Assembly (NCBI RefSeq): GCF_009914755.1
Contig: NC_060931.1
Source of the DNA: the human T2T-CHM13v2.0 reference genome, Homo sapiens
Direction: 5' to 3' (one strand)
Length of the DNA: 64,000 bases
A program made the translations under genes and the position numbers. The stretch's first letter is position 1. Each line of letters starts with the position of its first letter. This document shows positions 31,346 through 46,160 of this stretch, piece by piece. A model generated the notes under the pieces. The model was not told where the DNA came from and did no database searches. It worked only from the letters and a program-made list of their open reading frames with translations.

Positions 31346-31967
31346 CAACTTGTCTTATAAACTAAAACCACCTTTTAACACTGTTAAGTGTCTTAACATC
31401 TGCTAGATTGCATTATCTTATTTTACCATCCCTGGGGCACTTCAAGGAATTTTAAACAAATCCATCTAATGGTACTACAGACTTAATGTGCATTTATAAA
31501 TGATTATAGTCAAAGGTAATCTTTCTCCAGCGCTTCCTATATTCTGGGGAGTATGTTAAATGCAACACTTGGCTTATTGTTTAGAGCAGGGATTCTGATG
31601 ACAGATACCTAGATTCAAAGTCCAGCTCTACAATTTACCAGCTGTGTGATGCTGGACCATTAGCTCACCTCTCTATCCTTCAGCTCTTCATCTGTATAAT
31701 GGGTGAGAATAATAAGAACTTTGCCATTGAACTCTCTACCTAAAGTGCTGGCCTCTAGTAAATGGTAACAAATGTTAACATACATAATCTCATGTTGTGG
31801 GGTCTCTCGGTTCTTCCTGCTTTTTTCTCTGTTCTGACTGAAAAACACAAGGGGCCTAATCCCTCTGTGACTCAGCCAGCTGCATGTTTTCCTCTGAAAG
31901 TTTTCACTCAGCTAGGGCCTTGAACATTCTTTTTAGGTTGTTACTCAAAACACTAAAAGAAACTTGC

Positions 31968-32392
<425 letters not shown>

Positions 32393-32763
32393 TCACCCGG
32401 TTTCCGCAGTAGCAATCAAACGTAGATATAATTATCTATCAGTGTGGAACCCGGGACATAGAAAGGTTAAATGACTTGTGTGTTAAGAAAATGCTGTAGC
32501 CAATAGAATAAAAAACCTACGAATACAGCTAACCAGGGTCATAAAATGACAATGACAATGACAATTACAAAACACTGCTCAAAGAAATCAGAGTAACACA
32601 AACAAATGGAAAAACATTCCATGCTCATGGATAGGAAGAATAAATATCACTAAGATGGCCATACTGCCCAAAGCAATTTATGGATTTAATACCATTCCTA
32701 CTAAACTACCAATGACATTCTTCACAAAATGAGGAAAAACTATTTTAAAATTCATATGGAACC

Positions 32764-33044
32764 GGCCGGGTGCGGTGGCTCATGCCTGTAATCCCAGCAC
32801 TTTGGGAGGCTGAGGTGGGCAGATCACGAGGTCAGGAGATCGAGACCATCCTGGCTAACACAGTGAAACCCTGTCTCTACTTAAAATACAAAAAAATTTG
32901 CCAGGCGTGGTGGTGGGTGCCTGTAGTCCCAGCTTCTCAGGAAGCTGAGGCAGGAGAATGGCATGAACCCAGGAGGTGGAGCTTGCAGTGAGCCAAGATT
33001 GCGCCACTGCACTCCAGCCTGGGCGACAGAGCGAGACTCCGTCT

Positions 33045-33076
<32 letters not shown>
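32764..33076 (+). mobile_element. AluY in old L1
   Basis: TSD AAAATTC(A/C)TATGGAACC. Confidence 0.92.
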
Positions 33077-33081
<5 letters not shown>

Positions 33082-33921
33082 CCTATGGAACCAAAAATGA
33101 GCCCTAATAGCAAAGACTGTCCTAAACAAAAAGAACAAAGCTGGAGGCATTACATGACCTGACTTCAAACTACTGCAGGGTTACGGTAACCCAAACAGTA
33201 CGGTACTGGTACAAAAACAGACACATAGACCAATGGAACAGCATGGAGGCCCAGAAATAAGGCTGCACACCTACAACCATCTGATCTTTGACAAAGCTGA
33301 CAAAAACAAGCAATGGGGAAAGGACTTTCTATTTAATAAATGGTGTTGCAATAACTTGCTAGCCATATGCAGAAGATTGAAACTGGACCCTCCCTTCCTT
33401 ATACCATTATAAAAATTAACTCAAGATGGATTAAAGACTTAAATGTAAAAGCTAAAACTATAAAAACTCTGGAAGGTAATCTAGGAAATACCATCTTGAA
33501 TATAGGAACTGGCAAATATTTCATGATGAAGACACCAAAAGCAATTGCAACAAAAGCAAAAATTGACAAATGGGCTCTAATGAAACTAAAGAGCTTCTGC
33601 ATGGCAAAAGAAACTACCAAAACAGTAAACAGAAAACCTATGGAATGAGAGAAAATATTTGCAAACTATACATCTGACAAAGGTCTAATATCCAGAATCT
33701 ATAAGGAACTTAAATTTACAAGAAAAAAAAACAAACAGCCCCATTAAAAAGTGGGCAAAGGATATGAACAGACACTTTTCAAAAGAAGATATACATGCAG
33801 CCAACAAGCATATGAAAAAATGCTCAATATCACTAATCATTAGAGAAATGCAAATTAAAACCACAATGAGATATCATCTCACACCAGTCAGAATGTCTAT
33901 TACTAAAAAGTCAAAAAAATA

Positions 33922-34230
<309 letters not shown>

Positions 34231-34703
34231 ACAGATGCTGGTGAGGTTGAAGAGAAAAGGGAACACTTATCACTGCTGGTGGGAGTGTAAGCTAGTTCAA
34301 CCATTGTGGAAAGCAGTATGGTGATTCCTCAAAGAACTAAAATCAGAACTACCATTTGACCCAGCAACCCCATTATGGAATATATACCTAGAGGAATACA
34401 AATCACTCCACCATAAAGACACATGCATGTGAATGTTCATTGCAATACTATTCACAATAGCAAAGACATGAAATCAATCTAAACGGCCAGGCCATCAATA
34501 GTATACTGGACAAAGAAAATGTAGTGCATATACACCACGGAATACTATGCAGCCATAAGAAAGCCATAAAATCAGGTCGTTTGCAGGAACATGAATATGC
34601 AGGGACTGGAGGTCATTATCCTTAGCAAACTAATGCAGGAACAGGAAACCAAATACCCCATGTTCTCACTTATAAGTGGGAGCTACACAATGAGAACCAA
34701 TCA

Positions 34704-35005
34704 GGCCAGATGTGGTGGCTCATGCCTGTAATCCCAGCACTTTGGGAGGCTGAGGTGGGTGGATCACTTGAGGTCAGGAGTTTGAGACCAGCCTGGCCAA
34801 CATGGTAAAACCCCACCTCTACCAAAAATACAAAAATTAGCTGGGCGTGGTGACGAACACCTGTAATCCCAGCTACTCCGGAGAGTGAGGCAGAAGAATT
34901 GCTTAAACCTGGGAAGCCGATGTTGTAGTGAACCGAGATCATGCCACTGCACTCCAGCCTGGGCAACAGGGTGAAACTCTGTCTCAAAAAAAAAATAAAA
35001 ATAAA
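34704..35005 (+). mobile_element. AluS in old L1 3'UTR
   Basis: Dimeric Alu, TSD ~GAGAACCAAT. Confidence 0.9.
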
Positions 35006-35244
35006 AGAGAACCAATGGACACAAAGAGGGGAAGAACAGACACTGGGGCCTCTTTGAGTGAGAAGGGTGGGAGGAGGAAGAGGATCAGGAAAAATAACTA
35101 TCAGGTACTATGCTAAATACCTGGGTGATGAAATAATCTGTACACCAAACCCCCATGATGTGAGTTTGCCTGTATTAACAAACCTGTACATGTACCCCTG
35201 AACCTAAAATAAAAGTTTAAGAAAGAAAAAAAATGCTGTAGCCA

Positions 35245-35455
35245 CGACTGCAAAGGAAACAATCAACAAAGTGTAAAACGACCCACAGAATGGGGAAAAA
35301 TATTAAAATATTTGCAAACTATCCATCTGACAGAGGATTAATAACCAGAATATATAAGGAGTTCAAACAACTCTATAGGAAGAACAATCTAATGATCTAA
35401 TTAAAAATGGGCAAAAGATCTGAAAAGACGTTTCTCAAAAGAAGACACATGAATG
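35245..35455 (+). mobile_element. Older L1M ORF2 fragment
   Basis: ...CCCACAGAATGGG...TTTGCAAACTATCCATCTGACA...TTTCTCAAAAGAAGAC L1 ORF2 motifs lying outside the TSD of the preceding L1. Confidence 0.7.
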
Positions 35456-37133
35456 TTACTGGAGGTTAATGTGTGGGTCATGGCATGGAAGATGATGTTG
35501 GTTGGAAGGAAGCGGTCAGATCACCCCACAGGTAGAATATTCATCAGAGGTGACCTGAGGTGATTGTCTGTGGTGCATTGCATCTATGCCCATGAGCTAT
35601 GGGGCAGGGGGGGTGGCCTGTCCAAGTCGAAAGGATCCCCACCAAAGTGCAACACACCCAACTCCAACTGGAGTGTGACCTACCTCTCAGAGGGTTCCTC
35701 TAGGCTAGATGCTGCTGTCCATCCCCACAGGTAGAGACAGTTCCTGGAAGATGGAGGGAGGGAGCATGGAGACAGGTAAAGAACACTGAGAGAGAGCTCT
35801 GTAAGGACCAGACCCCAGTGTGCTGCCTAGCAACAAAAGCAAACCCTTCATGACCCCAGAACACTACCTCAATTCTGCAGCTGCCTCGGGCTGCAACTTG
35901 GAAACTCCAACTCTACCCACGAGGTGAGGACTAAAGCGTCTAACTTCATCTAGCCTATGACCAAAGGAGAGGGAGCACTTGGGTTCTATATCAGCTGCAC
36001 ATAACAGAAAACCTGACTAACAGTGGCTTAACCACAAATGTATTTATTCATCTCACCTGACAAAATGTCTAGAGATAGGTAGCTCCAAGGTTGTGTAACC
36101 TCCCTGCAATTGTATTGGCCTTCATCTCAGGGTCACAAAATGGCTGCCAAAGCTCCAGCCATGACTTCCTCACACCATAGTAATCCAAGTAGGAAAGAAG
36201 AGGACTGGTGGGAAAGGACCTTCTGGTAATACAAACCTCTCTTATTACGGAAGAAAATTGGAAGTCACTCAGCAAACATCCCCCCTTGTATCTCACGGGC
36301 CAGAACCAGGTCATATGCCCAGTTCCCTAAACAAATCACTGGCAAAGAGAAATAGGATACTGTAATTACCTTAATCCTGATTTCTTACCTGGGGCTGGGA
36401 GTTGCCTCCCAAACAAAATCGGGCTTCTTTTAACAAGGTTAGGCAAAGCAACAGTGCCCCAACCTATTCGTTACCCTTTCCCCCTTCCCATGAACTTGGC
36501 CCTTGATAATCAAATCCATTTGGCCTGCTCACAGAACAAAGGAGGAGCACTCTTCTTAATGAGAGGGGAAAGACTCTGTGGGAGGGCCAGTTTCTGCTCA
36601 TTATGCTGAAATTCCTGCCACAAACATTCCCCCATGGAATCCCAATGATGTGGATCTCCAGAGGCAGTCTCTGCTATATCCCACACCCAAGGACTCAGGA
36701 TTTCTTTAATATATCTCAAGACAGACAAATTCCACAATAAATTTACTAGTCATGGATATTTTACAGATCTCACAGAAACAGAAACAGAGTGAAGAGCCTC
36801 TGCTGAGCCCTTCACTCCAATAATTCTGCCTTGAACAACCCTTCCAGAGCTATCTCTCTGATAGCTCACCACCACTCCTCTGCCCTTCCTTCACATATCC
36901 TCAGCAAAAATTGCCCCGAGTTATCTGCCATCACTTTCAGCTTACTTTATCCACTCAACCAAACAAAAACCCAACAGCAGTTCATAGATCTGTAACCAAA
37001 TATTCTTCATCAAGCAAAGCAACTAAAATTTTCATTCAATATTATATATATTGGTAATTAGGATAAGAAGGAGAGCAAAGGAATAAAAGGTGAAGATTAA
37101 AGTGGTAATTCAGTAAGAAATATTGAAAAGGGA

Positions 37134-37452
37134 GGCTGGGCATGGTGGTTCATGCCTGTAATCCCAGCAGTTTGGGAGACCAAGGCGGGCAGATCACCTG
37201 AGGTCAGGAGTTCAAGACCAGCCTGGCCAACATGGTGAAAACCGATCTCTACTAAAAATACAAATTAGCCAGGCATGGTGGCAGGCACCTGTAATTCCAG
37301 CTACTCAGGAGGCTGAGGTGAGAGAATCGCCTGAACCTGGGAGGCGGAAGTTGCAGTGAGCCGAGATTGTGTCAATGCACACTGTAGCCTGGGTGACAGA
37401 ACAAGACTCCATCTCAAAAAAAGAAAAAGAAAAAGAAAAGAAAAAAAAGAAA
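37134..37452 (+). mobile_element. AluS
   Basis: Dimeric Alu, TSD ~AAAGGGAG. Confidence 0.9.
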
Positions 37453-38138
37453 GGGAGCATTGATTGTTGTATCTTTAGACAGGTATTCATTTTTTAGGTC
37501 ACCCAAGGGTAGCTAACTTTTACAATTAAAAGTCCTTTTCCTGTGATATAAAAAATATACCCAAAGCAAGAACAAGACAAAGTCACTTCAGGTTGTCATG
37601 TTCTATTTTAATTAGCTCTAATTTCATGTTCAAACTTTTCTATGCAGGCATATGTGTGTATTAAATATCATTATTAATTAGCCAAATGGATCCAATCCCC
37701 ACACCCCTCAAAAGCTTGCTATGGTGACGCCAACTTTTCAGGCACCTGTCTGACATAGACAGCCAATTATTGATGTCCTCTAGAATCTGCTGTGCCTGAG
37801 AGTTTGCCATGGTATCTTTCCCTTCAGTAAGACCCAGGCAGAACAGGCAGAGAATAAAGTAAATGAAGCACTCAAAGACCCATTAGCCTTAGCCTGCTGA
37901 GAGCTGAGCTTAGCCTGCTGAAAGACGGTGCACTTGCTACCTAAGATGGTTTGGATATTTGTCCTCTTCAAATCTTATATTGAAATTTGGTCCCAGTTTT
38001 GGAGATGGGGCCAACTGGGAGGTGTTTGGGTCATGGAGGTTGATCTCTCATGAATGGCTTGGTGCCATCCCCATGGTAATGAGTGAGTTCTCGCTCTATT
38101 AGTTTACGTAATAGCTGGTTGTTTAGAAGAGCATGGTG

Positions 38139-38420
38139 AGCAAGGTGTGGTGACTCACGCCTGCAATCCCAGAACTTTGGGAAGCCAAGGTAGACAGATC
38201 ACTTGAGGCCAGGAGTTTGAGACCATCCTGGCCAACATAGCAAAAACTCATCTTGACTAAAAATATAAAAAAAATTAGCTGGGGGTGGTGGTGCACACCT
38301 GTAAACCCAGCTACTCAGGAGGCTGAGACACAAGAAACACTTGAACCAGGGAAGTGGAGGTTGCAGTGAACTGAGATCACGCTACTGCACTCGAGCCTGA
38401 GCAAAAGAGCTAGACTGTCA
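38139..38420 (+). mobile_element. Alu (old, diverged)
   Basis: Dimeric Alu whose tail has become a polypurine repeat. Confidence 0.85.
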
Positions 38421-38608
38421 AGAACAAGAAGCAGAAGCAGAAGCAGAAGCAAGAAGAAGAAGAAGAAGAAGAAGAAGAAGAAGAAGAAGAAGAAGAAGAG
38501 GAAGAGGAAGAGGAAGAGGAAGAAGAGGAAGAGGAAGAGGAAGAAGAGGAAGAAGGAGAAGGGGAACGGGAAGGGGGAGAAGGGGAACGGGAAGGGGAAG
38601 AAGGGGAA
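38421..38608 (+). repeat. Polypurine tract: (GCAGAA)n - (AAG)16 - (GAGGAA)n - (GGGGAA)n
   Basis: Directly visible. Confidence 0.95.
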
Positions 38609-38958
38609 CATGGTGCCTCCCCTCTGTGTATGTGATGCCCCCTCCCATCCCCCTTCCCCCATGATTGGAAACTTCCTGAAGCCCTCACCAGAAGCATATG
38701 CTGTTGCCAGTTCCCTTGTACAACCTGCAGAACCATGAGCTGAATAAACCTCTTTATTTATAAATTACCCAGTCTTATAGCAATAAAAATAGACTAAGAC
38801 ACTACCTTACTGCTGATAGGAACTATGGCTGAACAAAACCACAGGAAGCATTGATTGAGATTTTTTTCAAACAGTAAATTTCCCTCAGATGTACTCTTCC
38901 TGGTCACCCTCTAGGCAAGCTACTCTCATCCTGTGTTTTAGTTTCCTATTGTTACATG

Positions 38959-38999
<41 letters not shown>

Positions 39000-39597
39000 C
39001 GTAGTGGTTTAAAACTACAATGATTTATCACTTCTCCTAAGTCTATGGGTTGACTGGGAAGTTCTGCTCCATGTGGTGTTGGCTGAGGTCATTCCCACAG
39101 CTTATATTCAGCAGGGAGCTTAGCAAGGGATCCCCATCTCCTTCACATGGTCTTCCATGAGTGTCTCCAACTCCAGATCTTCCCCCATGTGGTTTTACTC
39201 TGCAACAGGATGGCCTAGACTTCAGTACAGCATGGTAGCTGGGTTCCAAAAGAGATTGCTCTAGGGGACAAGCCCCAGTGTACATGACCCAGCCCCTGCT
39301 TGTATCATGCCTGCTAATGTCCCATTGACACAAAAAGCCACATGCTGATGATGTAAGAGGAGGAGACTACACAGTGAGTGGCCCATTGGGCCCATTGTCG
39401 CTGTCTAAAACCTCAAAGTGCGCATTTTTTTCACTTACCTCTCTAGGGAGCATAATTCTCTGCAGGGAGGACAGCTGTGAGATCCTGTGACCTAAAGACT
39501 CTCTGAATCAATAGAAACAAGTATAAAATTGTGAAAGTAAGTAAAAAATTGAGTTAAAGAGGATTTTAGAGTATGTGTAGTTAAGAAGATCTGTTAC

Positions 39598-39908
39598 GGC
39601 CGGGCGCAGTGGCTCACGCCTGTAAACCTAGCACTTTGGGAGGCCGAGGTGGGTGGATCACGAGGTCAGGAGATCGAGACTATCCTGGCTAACATGGTGA
39701 AACCCCGTCTCTACTAAAAATACAAAAAATTAGCCAGGCATGGTGGCGGGTGCCTGTAGTCCCAGCTACTCAGGAGGCTGAGGCAGGAGAATGGCGTGAA
39801 CCCGGGAGGCGAGCTTCCAGTAAGCCAAGATGGCGCCACGGCACTCCAGCCTGGGCTACAGAGTGAGACTCTGTCTCAAAAAAAAAAAAAAAAAAAAAAA
39901 AAAAGAAG
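39598..39908 (+). mobile_element. AluY
   Basis: Y diagnostics. TSD AAGAAGATCTGTTAC. Confidence 0.93.
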
Positions 39909-41016
39909 AAGAAGATCTGTTACTTGATGCTACTAGAAAAAAAAAAAGTATTAATAAGGACAAGTGAAAATATAAACCCGAAGAATCTGATCATAAGGTT
40001 TAAATTATTGAGTCTGGAAGGTAGTGGGTATACCTAATTTAAATTTGCCCTCAGAAATGCCTCTCTTATTTGCCTTTCCTAAAGTTAGTAAGTTCATTCA
40101 CTTCTTTATTCCTTCAGTAAGCGTTTTCGAAGCACCAGGCATCACTCTACATTCTAAGGTTCAAATTGTGTCCTATTCCTTCTTTCATTTTCTCCAAAGT
40201 GGACTCCAGCAATGGCCCAATAGCTGGTCTCTCTACCCCAACCACACGTACTCCAAAAGTGTTTGTCCAAAAACACAAATCTAATTCCATTTTGTTTCAG
40301 CTTTAAAATCCTCTGACACTGTATAAAAGCTAAACCCTCTAAAGTGGCTTTTAAGGCCCTTCAGAGCCTAATTGTCATCTACTTTCTTTTAAAGGATAAT
40401 TCTCTACAAAAAGGTAAAATCATGGCTCTCATGCAAACATAAAATGAACATGGGTCAAAGATTATATGTTGCTCATTAAAATGAGGAACTAGTAACATGT
40501 TAAAGCCCAGTTCAAAGGTGTGTCCACAGACAGACACATATATAGGCAATGAAGAATACTAAAATGAATTTGTTAATAGATGCAAACCTGAATGCTTCCA
40601 TGGTAGGGTTTGGGGGTGAAGCAGGCAGGGAATCAATGTCACCTACCTGACAAAATTCATTTCATTTCCATAAAAAAGATTAATTTGCATTACTATCAGT
40701 TTTCTACAACTTACAAAGTGGTAAAAGAGTTCAAACATTGAAAGTTGCAGACCACTGTAGAACAAGATATTATGGAAAAGTGCACTAGACAATGCTCAGC
40801 ATTCCATAAGGCACCCGGTCATCTCGGTAATCTTTTTTTCTCTCTCTCTCTCTTTTTTTTTTTCTTTTTGGCACTTTCCGAGTCTTTCACACTTCCCAAC
40901 CTCACCTTCAACAGTTCCTCCGGCCTTCTACCCTATATGGTAGTCCCACTGCACTCTTCACAGTTGCCTAGGAAGGCCTCAAACATTTCTGGCCACTTCT
41001 TGCACCCTCTTCATGA

Positions 41017-41326
<310 letters not shown>

Positions 41327-43139
41327 GAAGTGGACTCTTTATTAGAAGACCTCCTACTCATTATTCTTTCAATTTACTCAGCAAATACTTCCTTCTATAC
41401 CAATGATGGACCAAGCAGTGAGGATTCAAAAGTGAAGAAGAAGACTAGGTCCCAGCTTAGACCAGGACTCGTTCTTTGGGCGGTGCTATTTACTTTGAAT
41501 CATCCAGACTTTGGGAAATGCACTGATGTGCAACCACTGTGTAACTGTGAGTGGTGATGGGGGCTTCTCTTCATAGTTCATGGACATTTTTGCTATTGAT
41601 CATTCTGAGTGAAAGAGGAACCCTCAAAGGAGACTGAGGAGGAAAACTCAGAGAGAGAGGAGGACCAGAAGAGAGCAGGACAAGGCAACATAGGAGGAGC
41701 AAGTGGTTGTCCACAGAGCAACCACCATGGAGAGGTCCAGTAAGAACATAAACTATGCACATTTATTTTGGAAACCCAATTCTGCAGAGTGTTTCAATGG
41801 GAAGATGGAGGCAGAAGTCATATTACTCCAGGCTATCAAATAAAATGTAGAGCTATTTCTTTGGAAGGAGTGGGGATTCTATTATTGGAGCTAGAAAGAG
41901 AAGGATCAGAAGAGAAAGCATAGGTACAACCACTGAGTCATGCCCCAAAGAAAAGTCACCTATATACATATTATGATATAGAAAAAGCACTAGATTTGGA
42001 GTTAAAATTTGCATTTAAATCCTGGCTATGAGATGTAAGGCTTGTCATGCAGTCTATTTGGACCTTAGTTTCCTCTTCTGTAAAGAGGAGACAGTAATGC
42101 CTCAAAATATCGTTCAATGACATAATCTTTGTGAAAGAACATAGTCCAAAGCTTAGCACATACTATGTGCCCAATATGTGTAATTTTAAGCCTCAGAGAG
42201 ATAGCAACTGCTACCTGGGTAATCATGTAGATAATCTTGACAAACTCTCACTGCATTCATTAGTGATTGAGGTTTGGATTTTGTTTTCTATGTTTTTGTC
42301 TTATGTCCTGCCTGGGTGGAGTTCCAGAAGTGGAGGGTAAAAGAGCACACTGCCCAAAAGCTTTGAGCACCTTGTTAAGAAGAAGGTGACCTTCCTTTGC
42401 TTTGATTTGCTTTACTGAAGAGCAGAACGCAGAAAAAGGACGAGACTTGTGGCTGGACACAGTGGATTCCAAAAGAGACCCTAGAAGCCCAGTCTCCTTA
42501 GAATGTTTCTTGCCTTTTCTATAATATTAATTAAACCCCAGAAAGGCACTGTGATGCAGACAAACGGGAAACATGAAACAGCACTTTTCATTGTGGAGGA
42601 GGTAAAGCAAGAAAAAACTGAATTCAGCAGCTTAAACTGGAATTGGTACAGACCCTAGGCCTCCCACGGCCGACCTTCCTACAACGGGCCAATCCCAAGT
42701 CCGCCATTCCCACCCCCAGAGGAGGGTTAACTACTTGGAACAGATGACATTAGGTTTCCTTTCTGTCCTAAAGAGGGGGAAACTACTTCACTTTCTTTCC
42801 TCTAGACAGCATCCTAATTTGTCCCCACTTAGCCACATATCTCAGGACGAGAGCTTTTGAAATTAATGATGCTTTTCTGAGAGTAATTGCTTCTGTTCTA
42901 ATCACCTGCTATTTCTTGCTACCCACGGGGCTCAACGTTAGGATTGCCTAAAGCAATCAGCAAATTGCCCAAAATGCACTGCTCTCAAGCTTCCAAAGTA
43001 CATAGTAAGTGATGATGAGTCACTCTAAGCCAGGTAGTCACCTCACATCCCTTATAAAGTGAACTTACATGTCAGTATGCTCCCTAGGAGGCAAATCAGA
43101 ATGTGCAGGGTGGGGGTGATAAGGGCTCACATTTTTTTA

Positions 43140-43640
43140 AAGCCTTTTCAACTTTTAAAAAACTTAAGATGAAATTCACATAACACACAACCATTTAAAA
43201 ATTTACAATTCAGTGGTATTTAGCATACTTACAATGCTATACAACCAATGGCTTTCGCGAATTCCAAAACTTTTTATCACCCCATAAAAACATCCTGTGC
43301 CCATTAAGTAGTCACTCCACCTTCTTCCTTAGTCCCATCCCCTGGTAACCTCTAACCTGTGTTCTATCTCTACAACTTTGTCTGTTCTGGATATGCCCTA
43401 TAACAGGATTCACAGTATATGACCTTTTGTGTCTGGCTTCTTTCACAGTATAATGATTTCAAGGTTCATCTGTGTTATAGGAGAAATCAGTACTTTACTC
43501 ATTCCTTTTTATGGCTGAATAATATTCCATTGTATGGATGTACGACAAGTTGTTGATTTCATCTGTTGACAGACATATGGATTGTTTCCATCTCTTGGCT
43601 ATGCTGAATAATGCTGCTATAAACATTCATGTACAAGTTT
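43140..43640 (-). mobile_element. L1M 3'UTR fragment
   Basis: TTCAGTGGTATTTAG...TATGGCTGAATAATATTCCATTGTATGG antisense L1M motifs. Confidence 0.75.
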
Positions 43641-44480
43641 CTACATTGATCCCAATGTTTTTGATATGCCTCTTCCCTCTTTCAGCTCAAGGAAAACACT
43701 TGACTAGAACAACTTCCAAGAAATCCCCAGTGAGAAGGAATAAGATATTCTTAAGAAGAAAGGGATCTTCTTTTTACTGTTTTTAGTTTGCTGTATGATT
43801 TTATTTAAAATATTTTAGCACAGTTTTGGAGGAACACTGTATTCTATACACACACCAAATATACTATTCCTGAATATTGTTGACATATAATATGGTATAA
43901 TATAAATACTTGTAAGTTGATTGTTGTAATTTTAGTCTGGGCTCAATGACTTTCACATGTTCATATTTCTCTGACTCCCTTATTTTACTAGATAGAGCCT
44001 GAGCCTCTCTGCATTCAGCAGACTTAGACATGATCAGAAAATGTGGTTGGTATCACAGCTTCCAGAACAATGAGTAGCAAAAGATGGGCAAACACTGGGA
44101 TCAGCTGCTTACAGAGGATCTTTATTAACTGGGCTGGATTGCAACCCCCAAATCTCTTTAAAATTTGGCCCCTGAGTATGGCCAAATCCAGCCTATACAC
44201 ATTGTGTATAAAATACTTTAAAATACAAAAGTCCTGTTAAGTAATGATAAAATAATACATTATCAGGACAAGGAAAGACAATGCAGATTTTTAAGTCATG
44301 TGTTCTGTATGAGGATCATTATTTTAAAACTGGTTCAGTATATTCTTAGATTCTAAATATCTCAAAGCAGAATATTTCTCTCTAAATGAACTACGTTTAA
44401 TTCTGTGTTTAGTCTGTATTTACATGTCAAGGTATCTAAGCAGGTCAAAAACTGTATTTCCATTTTTCTAAGAAATTCAA

Positions 44481-44805
44481 GGTCAAACACGGTGGTTCAC
44501 GCCTGTCATCCCAGCACTCTGAAAGGCCGAGGCAGGTAGATCACTTGAGGTCAGGAGGTCGGGACCAGCCTGGTCAACATAGTGAAACCTCATCTCTACA
44601 AAAAAATACAAAAATTAGCCAGGCGTGGTGGCATGTGCCTATAGTCCCAGCTATTCAGGAGGCTGAGGCAGGAGGATGGCTTGAACCCAGGAGGCGGAGG
44701 TTGCAGTGAGCCAAAATCATGTGTGCCCCTTCACTTCAACCTGGGTGACAGAGCTAGATCCTGACTCAAAAACAAACAAACAAAACAAAAAACAAAAAAC
44801 AAAAC
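44481..44805 (+). mobile_element. Alu (J/S)
   Basis: Dimeric Alu. Confidence 0.88.
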
Positions 44806-44918
44806 ACTATCCCTTTCTTTGTTTCTTTCTGCATGTGTTTGTTTATTCATTCATATTAAATATATTTTTGCCTTTAGTATTCTGAAGTAACAAGTCTCTC
44901 AAGCAAATGATTTTTTTA

Positions 44919-45278
<360 letters not shown>

Positions 45279-45797
45279 CTAAATAAAGCTTTGTTCAAAA
45301 AAGTCAGTATTCTTATATTATATGATTTTTAAACATTCACTCAAAAGAAATGTTCTAAGTCCATATAGGACTTAACCCCAGTGTTCATAATATTACTATT
45401 ACATATAAACTCCTACTCAAGGTGCTGTAATAGGGTGGTATCTTTGGCAACATATGTATGTAGGCTATGAATTTTTACAAGGGGTTTCTATTACAGAAGG
45501 AAATTCTATACAATTCTGTAATATGATTGTGACCTCAAAGTACCATAAGAACAAAGGTTAAAGTTACCTATCACAAGTTAAAGTCACACATATATTTCTC
45601 ATTCAAGACAAGTTCAATTAAAAACTAAACAAATATTACTTTATCCCTACCTGTTGTCTCCTGAAACCATAGAGTTCCAAGGTTTAAAACAGAGATCTGA
45701 TGTTTTAACATTTGTCATTCTATATTTTATTGAGATCTAAAGTCAACATTTTTGTTTAAATTCCAAATATGATGTTTGAAATCGTGATATTCTGGAG

Positions 45798-46155
45798 TGA
45801 TATGGTTTGGCTGTGTCCCCACCCAAATCTCATCTTGAATTGTAACTTCCACAATTCCCACATGTCATGGGAGGAACCCAGTGGGAGGTGATTGAATTAT
45901 GGGGGCAAGTCTCTCCTGCACTGTTCTCGGGATAGTGAATGAGTCTCACGAGATCTGATCATTTTAAAGGGAGAGTTTCCCTGCACAAGCTCTCTTCTCT
46001 TGTCTGCCACCATGTGAGACGTGGCTTTCACGTTCTGCCATGATTGTTAGGCCTCCCCAGCCACATGGAACTATAAGTTCAATAAATCCCTATCTTTTGT
46101 AAATTACCCAGTGTCGGGTATGTCTTTATTAGCAGCATGAAAACAGACCAATACA
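45798..46155 (+). mobile_element. THE1 (THE1A/B-like) solo LTR
   Basis: TGATATGGTTTGGCTGTGTCCCCACCCAAATCTC...CAATACA with a 5-bp TSD TGGAG (45793-97, 46156-60). Inserted just past the PRPS2 pseudogene stop codon. Confidence 0.92.
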
Positions 46156-46160
46156 TGGAG

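Larger units (their letters stand above)
37943..38801 (+). mobile_element. MSTB-like LTR interrupted by an Alu with a polypurine tail
   Basis: ATGGTTTGGATATTTGTCC...AATAAACCTCTT...AGACTAAGACA. Confidence 0.8.

Noticed and set aside
38315-38736. Poly-Ser/Phe/Leu ORFs
   Set aside because: Reverse-strand reading of the GAA/GAG repeat.
42640-43030. CCAAT, YY1-like and AP-1 (TGAGTCA) motifs in unique sequence
   Set aside because: Short motifs expected by chance; no CpG island or other support from sequence alone.
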